Of a DNA stretch of 64,000 nt, positions 51,695 through 62,736 are shown in pieces (the stretch's first letter is position 1; each line of letters starts with the position of its first letter). The translations under genes were made by a program, and so were the position numbers. The DNA is from Desulfomonilia bacterium (GTDB lineage Bacteria > Desulfobacterota > Desulfomonilia > UBA1062): positions 160,001 to 224,000 of the forward strand of contig JBEKDT010000003.1 in NCBI GenBank assembly GCA_050014195.1. Reading direction: 5' to 3'. The notes under the pieces were generated by a model. That model saw only the letters and a list, made by a program, of their open reading frames with translations. It was not told the origin of the DNA and did not search any database.

Positions 51695-54643
51695 TCAGAA
51701 ATCCAGACGAGCCTTCCAGGCGGCCTTCAATGTGCCTAAGTCTTCCCGGATGAGGGCAGCCCCTGCTATCGATCTGACGGAAAGAAGTGTATCTGCTGTT
51801 GATTGCCCGATGCAAGCCGCATCCCTGCCGAAGAGCTTTTCTATTTTTTTAGCGTCTCTCGGGCTCACCTCGATAATGATCCTGCTCTGTGACTCGGAAT
51901 ACAGGATCTCCGTATCGTTCATACCGGTCTCGGAGGGGACCTTGCCCAGGTCGACGGCAAGACCGAATCCGCCGGAAAAGGCCATCTCAGCCAGACACAC
52001 GGCAAGCCCGCCGTCCGAGCAGTCATGGGCCGACAGGATGAGGCCCTCTGTTATGGCCCTGTGGAGCGAGCGGTATCGCTTTAAGGCCTTTTTTGCATCC
52101 ACTTCTGGTACGAAAGCGCCTTTTCTCCCGAAGGAAGCAAGATACTCGCTCCCGCCGAGCTCGTTCTTTGTCTTGCCCAGGATGTAGATGAGGCTGCCTT
52201 CGCGCTTGATGTCCATGGTCACGGCCTTCGTGATGTCAGGGATCTTGCCGATGACCGAGATCAGTATGGTAGGCGGTATGGAGATCTTGACGTCTCCGCC
52301 GATGTAATCGTTCTTCATGCTGTCTTTACCCGAGATCATGGGGCAGGAATAGGCAAGGGCATAGTCATAGAGCGCCCTGTTCGCCCTCACGAGCTGGGCG
52401 AGCTTGAATGAGCCGTCTTTGTTCCTTGCACTGACCACCGGGTCGCACCAGCAGAAGTTGTCGAGAAAGGCCCAGTGATCAGGGTTGCCGCCTACGCAGA
52501 TGTAGTTCCTGAGGGCCTCATCCAGGGCACAGGCAGCCATGTGATAGGCATCCAGGTCCGAATACCTGGGGACAATGCCGTTAGATACTACAACGCCCTC
52601 GTTGGAATCCAGCAGGGGCTGTATAACCCCGGCATCAGAAGGTCCGTCGCAGCATACGCCCACCAGGGGTTTGACGACAGAGCCGCCCTGAACCTCATGA
52701 TCGTATTGCCTTACCACGTATTCCTTGGAGCAGATGTTGAGCCTGCCGAGCATCTCCTTGAGCTTGGCTGCGTGGTCGGAAGGCTCCGGCGTCGGGCTTT
52801 TGTCCGCCGAAGGCGGTGTCCAACGGGCTGTAAGCTTCATGGTAGGAAGACCGTTGTGGAGGAAATCCAGGCTCAAGTACGCCACGGTCTTGCCGGCATA
52901 GGTGCAGTGGAAGAACCCTGAATCCGTGAAGGTGCCGATTACCGTGGATTCAACACCCATTTCCTGCGACAGGCCAAGGAAGGCCTGAATGTTCTCTTGG
53001 GGTACGGCCAGTGTCATACGCTCCTGCGCCTCGGAAAGAAGGATCTCCCACGGGCTCAGTCCGAGATATTTCACGAGCGGCTTTTCCAGCTCGATGTGGC
53101 ACCCGCCGCAGGAAGTAGCCATTTCACCCACGGATGAAGACAAGCCTCCCGCCCCGTCATCGGTGATAGCGTGGTAGAGGCCCTTATCACGGGCGACGAG
53201 CAGGAAGTCGGTGAGCTTCTTTTGGGTGATGGGGTCGCCTATCTGTACTGCGGATGTCGGGGACGATTCATGGAGTTCTTCAGAGGAGAATGTTGCACCG
53301 TGGATGCCGTCCTTGCCGATCCTGCCGCCAGACATAACGATTGAATCGCCGGGGATGATCTTTTTGATGTGGGATGGCTCTCCATTGATGATGGCGGGCA
53401 TGATGCCGGCTGTGCCGCAATAGACAAGGGGTTTCCCGAGATAGCGCTCGTCAAACACGATGCAGCCGTTGACTGTCGGGATTCCGGACTTGTTGCCGCC
53501 GTGCTCGACACCTTCCCTTACGCCCTCAAATATCCTCAAGGGGTGAAGGATTTTGGGCGGCAGCTTGCCCGTGTGGAACGGGCTTGCGAAGCAAAATACA
53601 TCCGTGTTGAAGATGAGCTTGGAGCCCATGCCAGTGCCGAAGGGGTCGCGGTTGACGCCCACGATGCCGGTGAGCGCACCGCCGTACGGGTCAAGGGCAG
53701 AGGGGGAGTTGTGGGTCTCCACCTTGAAGACCAGATTATGATTATCATTGAACCTTATAACGCCTGCATTGTCGGAGAAGACACTCACGCATATGTCATT
53801 TTTCCCGGCGGCCTTGCGGATTTTCGATGTGGCGCCCTTGATATAGGTTGAGAATAATGAAAAGATCTCTTCCGATTTTCCGTCTTCCTCGTAGGTTATA
53901 TGTGCATTGAAGATCTTGTGCTTGCAGTGCTCGGACCAGGTCTGGGCCAGACACTCGAGCTCCACGTCCGTTATCTTTTCGCCGAGTCCAAAAGCAGATC
54001 GCCTTTGCAGTGTCTCAGGGTCTTTCATATACCCTATAATTGTCTTCATCTCATTAAGGTTCAACGCCAGGGTCCGTTCCTGGGACAGCCGCAGCAGGGC
54101 ATCATCAGTAAGGTCCAGGGACAACTCTTCCACCACCGGCTCATGGAGCCCTGTAACCGTGGGGATAGAAGGTTCGATGGTCCCGCACTCGGGGTAACGC
54201 AGGACTTTAAGGGTATGGATGAGCGGGTTGGCCAGGCATTCATCTGCAATTGCCTGCGCGGTGTCTCTCTCAAGGTCGCCCTGAAGGAGGTACCCCCGTG
54301 CGGAATAGACATTTACGGTGCTGCCGGAGATGAGCTCCAGGGCGTACCTCGCACTGTGCCCCACGTTGTCGGTGACCCCCGGCTTGAACCCGACCTCGAT
54401 ATACCAGCCGCTCTCTGTTCGCAACAGAGTGCCTATGGCGATATCTTGGATGACCGGGTCACAGAAGGCCTCTTCAATCCATTCTCTTTTCAGGTCCTCT
54501 GCGGCGATATGATAGATATCAAAACAAAAGATTTGTCCGAGAGTCGTTAATTGTGGAAAGGCATGGAGGATCTGCCTTTTTACCCGTGCTCCCCGGGCAT
54601 CAAAGAGGTGCGGCTTGAGCCCGACCTCAACCCGCAAACCCAT
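51695..54643 (-). CDS. purL: FGAM synthase synthetase subunit with an N-terminal PurS-like extension
   Basis: QTWSEHCKH, ETHNSPS, DDGAGG, SEAQERM. Confidence 0.95.
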   Translation of the reverse strand: MGLRVEVGLKPHLFDARGARVKRQILHAFPQLTTLGQIFCFDIYHIAAEDLKREWIEEAFCDPVIQDIAIGTLLRTESGWYIEVGFKPGVTDNVGHSARYALELISGSTVNVYSARGYLLQGDLERDTAQAIADECLANPLIHTLKVLRYPECGTIEPSIPTVTGLHEPVVEELSLDLTDDALLRLSQERTLALNLNEMKTIIGYMKDPETLQRRSAFGLGEKITDVELECLAQTWSEHCKHKIFNAHITYEEDGKSEEIFSLFSTYIKGATSKIRKAAGKNDICVSVFSDNAGVIRFNDNHNLVFKVETHNSPSALDPYGGALTGIVGVNRDPFGTGMGSKLIFNTDVFCFASPFHTGKLPPKILHPLRIFEGVREGVEHGGNKSGIPTVNGCIVFDERYLGKPLVYCGTAGIMPAIINGEPSHIKKIIPGDSIVMSGGRIGKDGIHGATFSSEELHESSPTSAVQIGDPITQKKLTDFLLVARDKGLYHAITDDGAGGLSSSVGEMATSCGGCHIELEKPLVKYLGLSPWEILLSEAQERMTLAVPQENIQAFLGLSQEMGVESTVIGTFTDSGFFHCTYAGKTVAYLSLDFLHNGLPTMKLTARWTPPSADKSPTPEPSDHAAKLKEMLGRLNICSKEYVVRQYDHEVQGGSVVKPLVGVCCDGPSDAGVIQPLLDSNEGVVVSNGIVPRYSDLDAYHMAACALDEALRNYICVGGNPDHWAFLDNFCWCDPVVSARNKDGSFKLAQLVRANRALYDYALAYSCPMISGKDSMKNDYIGGDVKISIPPTILISVIGKIPDITKAVTMDIKREGSLIYILGKTKNELGGSEYLASFGRKGAFVPEVDAKKALKRYRSLHRAITEGLILSAHDCSDGGLAVCLAEMAFSGGFGLAVDLGKVPSETGMNDTEILYSESQSRIIIEVSPRDAKKIEKLFGRDAACIGQSTADTLLSVRSIAGAALIREDLGTLKAAWKARLDF

Positions 54644-54647
54644 GGAA

Positions 54648-55049
54648 TTAGCCTTTTTCCTCTACATACAGAGGGGCAGCGGGCCCTTCAAGGCTTTCCC
54701 TTTCCGATTTGCATTTCACGCACAGTGTTGCAAAGGGCATGGCCTTGAGTCTTCCGGCAGGGATATTTTCGCCGCAGTCCTCGCAGAACCCATATTCACC
54801 ATGCTCCATCCGGGTAAGGGCGCTCTCTATTTGGTCCAACTTCTGCCGTTCACGGGTGCCGAGCAGGAGGTTGAACTCCCTTGTCTGCTCGAGGTCGGCG
54901 TCGTCAAAGATATCGCCGATCTCACGCTGGGCTGTAATATCATTGGATTTGATTCTCTCAGCAAGGGTCTTTAGGATGTCCTTCTTCATCTGGAGAAGGA
55001 TCTCTTTGATCTCGAGAAGCTCATTTTTTCTTAACATCCTGTCCTCCAC
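54648..55049 (-). CDS. dksA: DksA/TraR C4 zinc-finger protein
   Basis: DIFDDA coiled-coil tip; CEDC...RL.AMP...CVKC. Confidence 0.85.
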   Translation of the reverse strand: MEDRMLRKNELLEIKEILLQMKKDILKTLAERIKSNDITAQREIGDIFDDADLEQTREFNLLLGTRERQKLDQIESALTRMEHGEYGFCEDCGENIPAGRLKAMPFATLCVKCKSERESLEGPAAPLYVEEKG

Positions 55050-55105
55050 TGAAAATTTAAAAGTAGGCTACTTATACTTATTACATCCGCTCTGTCAACC
55101 ATCAA

Positions 55106-56314
55106 TTAAAAGAAATATCCCCCTTGGAAGATCTCGCATTCTACAAATGATCCTTGTTCCAGAGATGCAGCCATTTTGGGCAAGACAATGAAGCAGTTGC
55201 CTCTTGCCATGGAGGTGAGGATGCCCGAGCCCTGGGGGCCTGTGGGGCTGACCACAAGATCATCGCCTATGCGCTCCAGAATACCCCTTAGGTAATGGGG
55301 CCTGTCGCCCTTGTTCTCCAGGGCCTCCTTGATCCGGGCGCGTACCCGGGGTAAGAGGATGTCATGACTGCCTTGCATCTTGAGGATGGCAGGCCTTGCA
55401 AATTGATAGAACGAGGTCATGGCGGACACAGGATTCCCGGGAAGGCCGATGGCGGGGACACCGCACAGGGACCCAAATGCCAATGGCTTACCGGGCTTCA
55501 TGTCTACAGTCCAGAATTCAAGGGCATTGCCTTCTTCGTGCATGATAGTCCTCACCAGGTCAAAATCCCCCATGGAGACCCCGCCGGAGGTAAGGATCAG
55601 ATCAGCCTTATGCGCCGAGGCAAGTTTTGCGTTAAGGTCCGCCTTGTTGTCCTTGGCTATGCCCAGATAGAGAGGTATGGCGCCTACTGCCTTGATGAGG
55701 CCTATCAAGGTATAGGAGTTTGAAGATATGATTGCCTGCGGGAAAGCTTCCTCACCGAGTTCTATAATTTCATCACCGGTGGCCAGTACAGCCACCACAG
55801 GTCTCTGGTAGACCTGCACCATGGGTCGCCTTATGGATGCCAGTACCCCGATCTGTGCGGGTCCAAGGAGCGAGCCTTTGGTAATGACGATCTGGCCCTC
55901 CCCGATGTCCTCCCCTTTGAAGCGGATGTTTTCTCGTTTTTGGGGCACCTTGTTGATCTTGACTCGTTGCCCATCCTCGTCGGTTTCCTCTCGCTTGACC
56001 ACTGCATCTGCGCCCTCAGGGATAATCGCGCCGGTCATGATTTTGACGGCATGACCCTTGATCATGGGTTGGCTGGGCAGTACACCGGCGGGCAGGATGG
56101 AATCGATCACCAGAGTTGTCCCAACCGAGGGCACATCTTCAGTGCGGATCGCATATCCGTCCATAGCGGAATTATCACAAGGGGGGATAGCACGTGTTGA
56201 GGTAATGTCCTCGGCAAGGTATCTTCCCAAAGAGTTTTCCAGTGAGACCCGTTCAGGAGGCAGGACCGGAATCTTTGTGAGGATAGTCTCTCTCGCTTTT
56301 TCAACGCTCAGCAT
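55106..56314 (-). CDS. moeA: Molybdopterin molybdotransferase
   Basis: DNSAMDGYA, IMTGA, ATGDE, SGGVSMGDFD, GLPGNPVS. Confidence 0.96.
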   Translation of the reverse strand: MLSVEKARETILTKIPVLPPERVSLENSLGRYLAEDITSTRAIPPCDNSAMDGYAIRTEDVPSVGTTLVIDSILPAGVLPSQPMIKGHAVKIMTGAIIPEGADAVVKREETDEDGQRVKINKVPQKRENIRFKGEDIGEGQIVITKGSLLGPAQIGVLASIRRPMVQVYQRPVVAVLATGDEIIELGEEAFPQAIISSNSYTLIGLIKAVGAIPLYLGIAKDNKADLNAKLASAHKADLILTSGGVSMGDFDLVRTIMHEEGNALEFWTVDMKPGKPLAFGSLCGVPAIGLPGNPVSAMTSFYQFARPAILKMQGSHDILLPRVRARIKEALENKGDRPHYLRGILERIGDDLVVSPTGPQGSGILTSMARGNCFIVLPKMAASLEQGSFVECEIFQGGYFF

Positions 56315-56445
56315 GAACCCACCATAATACAATCGAAGATTATTTGGAGCGGCTTTAGCCGCAAAACTAAACAGTACCCACGAAAAAAATGTACACACTA
56401 TGCCGCGCCCGGTGTCTTTAAAGAAATGTATCCTAATTTAATGCC

Positions 56446-57924
56446 TTGATCCAAGTCAAGATTCGATTCCGTATTGTCGATAGAGCCGTTATGGAACTCA
56501 GGGATATCCTTGCGCCCCTGGATATTGAGATCAAGAAGGTTTCGATCCTTGGAGGCAGCATGGCAATTGTAGTGATCCCGCGTGAACACGCGGATATGGC
56601 GTTGCGGGCAAAGCGGGAGATGGACACCGCACTCACCTATGGAGATTATCTTATCCTCGGTATTTTTGGCATGGGTGCGGATGAGGCCTCGGCCCAGTTC
56701 CTCTCTATCCCAAAGGGTATTGCCGTATATCCTCATGAAGGCGCTGATATTCAGACCCTGTTCTTCGAGGCGGTAGAACGGTTCAACACAAGCAAAGGGA
56801 ACTCCCCCTGGGTCAAAAGTCTGTGGGAGAGTATCAGAGAGACAGCCGCATTCGAAAAAGATGGAGATGGAGAGGCGAAGTTCCTTGGCAATGCATTCTA
56901 TCAATTCTATGCATTCATGGCATCTAGGCCCCAGGAGGTCGGCCAGGTTCTTGCTCAGATAAGCCAGGCCGACCGGCACTGGATCGAGGACCTCCTCCCC
57001 TTCGGTGTTGTATCGACACTTCAACCAAATGGAATCGCCAAAGATAGTGATATCGAACTGCTCATGCAGCAGTGGGGTTATCAAGAAAGGCTCGAGAAAA
57101 AGCGGGATATCGGAAAATTGACATTGCGGAAATTTCGCCATGTAGAGAACCTCTTTACCCTGCCTTCTATCTCCAGGGAGATCATCGAGCTTGCCGGAGA
57201 TCCGATGGCCGCAGCATCCAGGATGGCAAAGATCATTGAGAAGGACCCGGTGCTCACATCCCGCCTGCTTAAGGTGGTGAATTCGGCCTTTTATGGGTTT
57301 CGGCGGCAGATCGTATCCGTGGAAAACGCAGTAGTGATCCTGGGCAACGACGAGGTCGTCAATCTCGCATTTTCCATTGCCATACACCAGGTCATGGAGC
57401 GGATTGCTCCGAAAAAGGCAAGGCTCCTCTGGGAGCATTCTCTCATGGTGGCCCACCTGGCCCATTGGCTTGGCATTCTGTTGGGCTGTAGTGCGGGTAG
57501 TGCCTTGTATACGCTGGGACTCCTCCATGATTTCGGCAAGATCATTTTTCTTCAGCGGGGATACTGCCTGGGTGACCTGTCGGTCTTGTCTGGTCTTGAT
57601 GACCTGGCAAATGAGGAGATTGAAACAGGCCTTTCCCATGCAGAGATGGGGGCATATGTGGCTGAGAGGTGGAACCTCCCCGAAGACATTGTGGATGGCC
57701 TGTTAAACCACCACCTGCCCGGTAAGGCAAAGGATATCTGCCTGGCCGTGACGGCCCATCTCGCGGATATCATCGCGCATAAGCGAACAATAGCGCTGGA
57801 TGAGGTAAATACCGCTGCTGCACGGATCCTCACGCCTGACAAGCTGGCGCTGCTGAGTGAAGATGTTGTTGCCAAGCGGTATGAGGATATGGAATTGAGG
57901 GTAAAGGCCCTTCTCGATATGTAG
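56446..57924 (+). CDS. HDOD-domain protein with an unknown N-terminal region
   Basis: DPVLTSRLLKVVNSAFYG, HS, GLLHDFGK, HAEMGAYVAERWNLP; start uncertain (TTG 56446 or ATG 56491). Confidence 0.88.
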   Translation: MIQVKIRFRIVDRAVMELRDILAPLDIEIKKVSILGGSMAIVVIPREHADMALRAKREMDTALTYGDYLILGIFGMGADEASAQFLSIPKGIAVYPHEGADIQTLFFEAVERFNTSKGNSPWVKSLWESIRETAAFEKDGDGEAKFLGNAFYQFYAFMASRPQEVGQVLAQISQADRHWIEDLLPFGVVSTLQPNGIAKDSDIELLMQQWGYQERLEKKRDIGKLTLRKFRHVENLFTLPSISREIIELAGDPMAAASRMAKIIEKDPVLTSRLLKVVNSAFYGFRRQIVSVENAVVILGNDEVVNLAFSIAIHQVMERIAPKKARLLWEHSLMVAHLAHWLGILLGCSAGSALYTLGLLHDFGKIIFLQRGYCLGDLSVLSGLDDLANEEIETGLSHAEMGAYVAERWNLPEDIVDGLLNHHLPGKAKDICLAVTAHLADIIAHKRTIALDEVNTAAARILTPDKLALLSEDVVAKRYEDMELRVKALLDM

Positions 57925-57926
57925 CC

Positions 57927-59159
57927 ATGGAACGGGATATCGTATCCATCCTGAAAGAGCGCATTGTATCCCTTGAAGAGGGTTACGAGCAAAAGATTGC
58001 GGAGCTCTCCCTTCTCAAAGAGCTCGGGGAGGCCCTCAAGGGGACAAGCCTCTCCCATTGGAACCAGCTCTTCTTACGGCAGCTCGATATCATCAAACAG
58101 GCCACCGGTATATACAGCATCTCGGTCATGCTCATAGACGAGCAGACCCAGACCCTGCATGTCGTGAGCGCTTCATTGATGAAGAACACACCCAATAGAG
58201 CGCCCATCCTGCTCAAAAGGGGCGAAGGGATTGCCGGCAAGGTAGTGGAGACAGGCAAGACCTTTTATATCCCTGATGTGACAAAGGACACCAACTTCTC
58301 CAACAGGGGAACAAATCAGGAAGGGTCGCTGGCATGTGTTCCCATCATTGCGGAAGGACGCTGTATCGGGGTTATCAATTTCAGAGACAACATGCCCGGG
58401 ATCTTTGGGGCCAATGACCTCAGGTTCTTCGAGCTCATCGCAGATCAGCTTTCCATTACCGCATCGCTTGTGCGGACATACCAGGACCTCCTTACCCTGG
58501 AAAAAAAACGGATGAATCTGAGCAGGTACTTCTCTCGAGGGCTGGCCGAGCACCTTGTAGCCGATGACCGCATGACTGGTCTCGGTGGGCAAAGGAAAAT
58601 CGTGACCGTTGTGTTTGCCGACATCACCTCCTTCACAACACTCCTTGACAGCAACCCGGTGGAGCAGGTGGTTGAGGTGCTTAACAGGTTTTTTGAGACA
58701 GTTGTCCCGGTCATTTTTAAACATGGGGGCATGCTCGACAAGTTTCTGGGTGACGGCGTTATGGCGGTCTTTGGTATCCCGGATGAGACGGACACGGACC
58801 CGGTAAAGGCGATTCAGTGTGCCGTGGATATCCAGAAAGGCGTAATGGAGCTTAAAGATAAGCTTGTGAATGATGGGCTCTTTGCCATTGAGGTGGGTAT
58901 CGGGATTGCCACCGGGTTAGTGGTAGCCGGGAATATCGGGTCGGCCGAGCAGATGAACTTTACGGTCATCGGCGAGCCTGTGAACCTTGCGCAGCGGCTC
59001 GAGACCATCAGCTCTCCGGGAGAGATCATCGTCAGCAGCCTCACCACCGACGTGATGCCCAAGCATGTTGATGAAAAATTCTGCTTCGAGCCCATGGGAT
59101 GTATTCAGGTAAAAGGCATCCAACGTGCAATCAATGCCTTGAAAGTAATATACAAATAA
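57927..59159 (+). CDS. GAF-domain class III adenylate cyclase
   Basis: GEGIAGKV GAF motif; FADI, DKFLGD, FTVIG.PVNLAQRLE. Confidence 0.9.
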   Translation: MERDIVSILKERIVSLEEGYEQKIAELSLLKELGEALKGTSLSHWNQLFLRQLDIIKQATGIYSISVMLIDEQTQTLHVVSASLMKNTPNRAPILLKRGEGIAGKVVETGKTFYIPDVTKDTNFSNRGTNQEGSLACVPIIAEGRCIGVINFRDNMPGIFGANDLRFFELIADQLSITASLVRTYQDLLTLEKKRMNLSRYFSRGLAEHLVADDRMTGLGGQRKIVTVVFADITSFTTLLDSNPVEQVVEVLNRFFETVVPVIFKHGGMLDKFLGDGVMAVFGIPDETDTDPVKAIQCAVDIQKGVMELKDKLVNDGLFAIEVGIGIATGLVVAGNIGSAEQMNFTVIGEPVNLAQRLETISSPGEIIVSSLTTDVMPKHVDEKFCFEPMGCIQVKGIQRAINALKVIYK

Positions 59160-59308
59160 ATTTGTGTGGAGGGAACACAAGACCGGGCCCCTTTTGCGCT
59201 TGACTTTGTAATTTGTTTCATTTAGTCCATGTCATACCGATTAATCAGTTTCGTGGGCCCTCACACAGTAACACCCCACATCAGCTCATAAAGCCGAAAG
59301 GATTTTAT

Positions 59309-60556
59309 ATGCACTTAGAAGATTTAAAAAAAATGGACCCCAAGGATCTTCTCGAGACTGCGAACTCGCTGGAGATCGAGGGTTCAGCCACCATGAACAA
59401 GCAGGAGCTTATCTTTGCTATCCTCCAGGCCCAGGCCGAAAAAGATGTCTCCATCTCAGGCCAAGGGGTATTGGAGATCCTGCCCGACGGGTTCGGCTTC
59501 CTGCGTTCCGCCGACTACAGCTACCTGCCAGGCCCGGATGATATCTACGTCTCGCCTTCCCAGATCAGGAGGTTCAATCTCAAGAACGGCGATGAGGTGA
59601 GGGGCCAGATCAGGCCACCCAAGGACAACGAGCGGTATTTCGCCCTGTTGAAGCTGGAGACCATCAGCAATGAGGACCCGGAGGCAGCCAAGCACCGGGT
59701 GTCCTTTGACAACCTTACCCCGCTGTATCCCCTGAAGAAGTTCAAGCTCGAGACCGGGCCGGATAATCTCACCGGGCGTGTGCTCGATCTGCTTGTTCCT
59801 ATCGGCAAGGGGCAGAGGGGCATGATCGTCTCCCCGCCCAAGGCAGGCAAGACCATGATGCTCCAGAGTGTTGCCAACAGCATAACGAAAAACCATCCCG
59901 ACGTGGCATTGATGGTGCTCCTCATCGATGAGAGGCCTGAAGAGGTTACCGACATGCAGCGTTCCGTCAACGGAGAGGTCGTTGCATCCACCTTTGACGA
60001 GCCGGCTGCAAGGCACGTGCAAGTGGCCCGCATGGTCATGGAGAAGGCCAAGCGTCTTGTTGAATATAAGAAGGATGTAGTGATCCTTCTGGATTCGCTC
60101 ACCAGGCTTGCCAGGGCACACAACACGGTTTGCCCCCCATCGGGCAAGCTGCTCTCGGGCGGTATTGATGCCAATGCCCTGCAAAAGCCGAAGAGGTTTT
60201 TCGGCTCGGCCCGTAACATAGAGGAGGGCGGCAGCATCACCATCATCGCTACAGCCCTGGTCGATACGGGCTCCCGAATGGATGAGGTCATCTACGAAGA
60301 ATTCAAGGGCACAGGCAACCAGGAGATCCACCTTGACCGGTCAATCATGGAGAGAAGGGTCTTCCCGGCCATAGACATATCGAAATCCGGCACACGCAAA
60401 GAGGAGCTCCTGCTGCCCAAGGAGCAGCTGGATCGGATCTGGATCCTGCGGAAGCTCCTGAGCCCGCTCAATCCCATCGACAGCATAGAATTTTTGCTGG
60501 ACAAATTATCTAAGACGCGTGATAATGCCGAATTTATGGATTCCATGAATAAATAG
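59309..60556 (+). CDS. rho: Transcription termination factor Rho
   Basis: [30 protein letters not shown]. Confidence 0.98.
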   Translation: MHLEDLKKMDPKDLLETANSLEIEGSATMNKQELIFAILQAQAEKDVSISGQGVLEILPDGFGFLRSADYSYLPGPDDIYVSPSQIRRFNLKNGDEVRGQIRPPKDNERYFALLKLETISNEDPEAAKHRVSFDNLTPLYPLKKFKLETGPDNLTGRVLDLLVPIGKGQRGMIVSPPKAGKTMMLQSVANSITKNHPDVALMVLLIDERPEEVTDMQRSVNGEVVASTFDEPAARHVQVARMVMEKAKRLVEYKKDVVILLDSLTRLARAHNTVCPPSGKLLSGGIDANALQKPKRFFGSARNIEEGGSITIIATALVDTGSRMDEVIYEEFKGTGNQEIHLDRSIMERRVFPAIDISKSGTRKEELLLPKEQLDRIWILRKLLSPLNPIDSIEFLLDKLSKTRDNAEFMDSMNK

Positions 60557-60567
60557 GAGTAGATACG

Positions 60568-60798
60568 ATGAAGAAAGGCATACACCCAGATTACTTCGAG
60601 ACAACGGTCACCTGCGGGTGCGGGAATACCTTCACCACACGCTCTACCAAGAAGGATATCCGCGTTGAAATCTGCAGCGCCTGCCACCCCTTCTATACAG
60701 GCCAGCAGAGGCTCACCTCTACAGCCGGCAAGGCCGAGCTGTTCAAGAGGAAGTACGGCGAGTACCTGAAAAAGGACAAGCAAGGTAAAAGCAAGTAA
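60568..60798 (+). CDS. rpmE: 50S ribosomal protein L31 (zinc-binding type)
   Basis: [21 protein letters not shown]. Confidence 0.97.
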   Translation: MKKGIHPDYFETTVTCGCGNTFTTRSTKKDIRVEICSACHPFYTGQQRLTSTAGKAELFKRKYGEYLKKDKQGKSK

Positions 60799-60813
60799 CC
60801 TTCGTAAAACGAC

Positions 60814-61881
60814 ATGCTCGACAAACTGAAGGAGATTGAGGAACGCTACCAGAAGCTCTCTGATCTCCTCGCCGATGAGAAAATCCTTGCGGATCACACC
60901 CAGTATACCGCCATTGCCAAGGAACAGGCATCTCTCGAGGAGATCATGGCCCCTTACCGGCGCCTCAAGCATATAGCGGCTGATATCGCCGAACACGAGA
61001 CCATGCTCGAGGACCCTGACCCTGATATCAGGAACCTCGTGAAGGATGAGCTCGAGGCATTGCAGGCCGAAATGGGGCGCCTCGAACAGCAGATTAAGGC
61101 CCTCTTCATACCCAAGGATCCCAATGACGGCAGGGACGTCATCCTCGAGATCAGGGCAGGCACGGGCGGAGAAGAGGCCGCACTTTTTGCTTCTGATCTC
61201 TTCCGGATGTATTCCCGTTATGCCGAAGAAAGGCGGTGGGCCATTGAGGTTCTCTCCATCAATGAGACCGGTATCGGAGGTATCAAGGAGGTCATCGCAG
61301 GCATTAAGGGCAAGGGCGCCTACTCACGGCTCAAGTATGAGAGCGGCGTTCACCGGGTTCAGCGGGTCCCGGCCACTGAGGCGAGCGGGAGGATACACAC
61401 CTCGGCGGTCACGGTTGCCGTGCTGCCGGAGGCCGAGGAGGTGGATGTGGATATTGACCCGAACGACCTGAGGATCGATACATTTCGGGCTTCCGGTGCA
61501 GGCGGCCAGCATGTGAATAAGACCGAGTCCGCGATTCGCATCACCCATATCCCCACCGGGATCGTGGTTTCCTGTCAGGATGAGAAGTCCCAACACAAGA
61601 ACAAGGCGAAGGCTTTAAGGGTGATACGTACCCGTATCCTGCAGAAGAGGCAGGAAGACCAGGATCGCCAGATCGCATCCCAAAGACGCTCTCAGGTGGG
61701 TACCGGTGACAGGAGCGAGCGCATCCGCACCTATAACTTTCCCCAAGGCCGTGTCACGGACCACCGGATCAACCTCACCGTGCATAGGCTGCCCCAGATC
61801 CTCGAGGGGGATATCGACGAGCTTATCGACGAGCTCACCACCCATTATCAGGACGAGGCGCTCAAGAAGACCGGGAGCTGA
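60814..61881 (+). CDS. prfA: Peptide chain release factor 1
   Basis: PAT recognition motif (RVPATE) and GGQ. Confidence 0.97.
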   Translation: MLDKLKEIEERYQKLSDLLADEKILADHTQYTAIAKEQASLEEIMAPYRRLKHIAADIAEHETMLEDPDPDIRNLVKDELEALQAEMGRLEQQIKALFIPKDPNDGRDVILEIRAGTGGEEAALFASDLFRMYSRYAEERRWAIEVLSINETGIGGIKEVIAGIKGKGAYSRLKYESGVHRVQRVPATEASGRIHTSAVTVAVLPEAEEVDVDIDPNDLRIDTFRASGAGGQHVNKTESAIRITHIPTGIVVSCQDEKSQHKNKAKALRVIRTRILQKRQEDQDRQIASQRRSQVGTGDRSERIRTYNFPQGRVTDHRINLTVHRLPQILEGDIDELIDELTTHYQDEALKKTGS

Positions 61882-61884
61882 GGA

Positions 61885-62736
61885 GTGGACGCCGCCATCT
61901 CCAAAGCGCTCGGGCGTGCCAGAGCCCTTCTCGCAGCGAAGCACATAGACTCTGCCGTTATCGATGCCGACCTGCTCCTTTCACATGTTCTCCACCTCAA
62001 AAGGATCGACCTCATTATCCAGAGGGACCGCATCTTAAGCCCTGAAGAACTTGATTCCTTCAACACCCTGATCGGGCGCAGGCTCAAGCGCGAGCCCGTT
62101 GCCTATATCATAGGAGAAAAGGAGTTCTTCGGCAGGCAGTTCAAGGTGAACCCCCACGTGCTTATCCCCAGACCCGAGACCGAGCTCCTGGTGGAGCAGG
62201 CAATCGCACTGGCTCCCAAAGGATCAACGATCTTCGAGATCGGGGTGGGTTCTGGTGCGGTAAGTATATCGATCCTTTGTGAGAGGGCCGACCTGAAAGG
62301 CTTCGGCAATGACATCAGTATGCCTTCCCTCGCAACTTCGCGAGCCAATGCCGGGGCGCATGGTGTCTCGGACAGACTCCGCCTCTTTGCAGGGAATGTC
62401 ATGGCAGGCTTACGGGTATTATGGCCTTTGATCATTGCTAATCCGCCGTATATCCCCTTGGCCGATGAGACCGACCTTGATGATGATGTCAGACGCTATG
62501 AGCCCAGGGCTGCCCTTTTCGGTGGAAAAGACGGGCTTGATATTGTAAAAGAGATCATCAAAGGGCTAAAAGGACATCTCGCCCCGGGAGGCACTCTCCT
62601 CATGGAGGCGGGCATCGGCCAGAAAGACGCCATCGACACCTTGGTGAGCAGCATTGATGTTTTGCACGTAAAAACCTGGGTGAGCGATCTTGCAGGGATA
62701 GAAAGGGTCGTGATCATAGAGAGGGTTCATGGATAA
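61885..62736 (+). CDS. prmC: Release factor glutamine methyltransferase
   Basis: LIPRPETE, GVGSG, NPPY. Confidence 0.95.
   Translation: MDAAISKALGRARALLAAKHIDSAVIDADLLLSHVLHLKRIDLIIQRDRILSPEELDSFNTLIGRRLKREPVAYIIGEKEFFGRQFKVNPHVLIPRPETELLVEQAIALAPKGSTIFEIGVGSGAVSISILCERADLKGFGNDISMPSLATSRANAGAHGVSDRLRLFAGNVMAGLRVLWPLIIANPPYIPLADETDLDDDVRRYEPRAALFGGKDGLDIVKEIIKGLKGHLAPGGTLLMEAGIGQKDAIDTLVSSIDVLHVKTWVSDLAGIERVVIIERVHG

Noticed and set aside
56398-57639. 413-aa minus-strand ORF
   Set aside because: Antisense to the clear HDOD gene; no recognisable domain.
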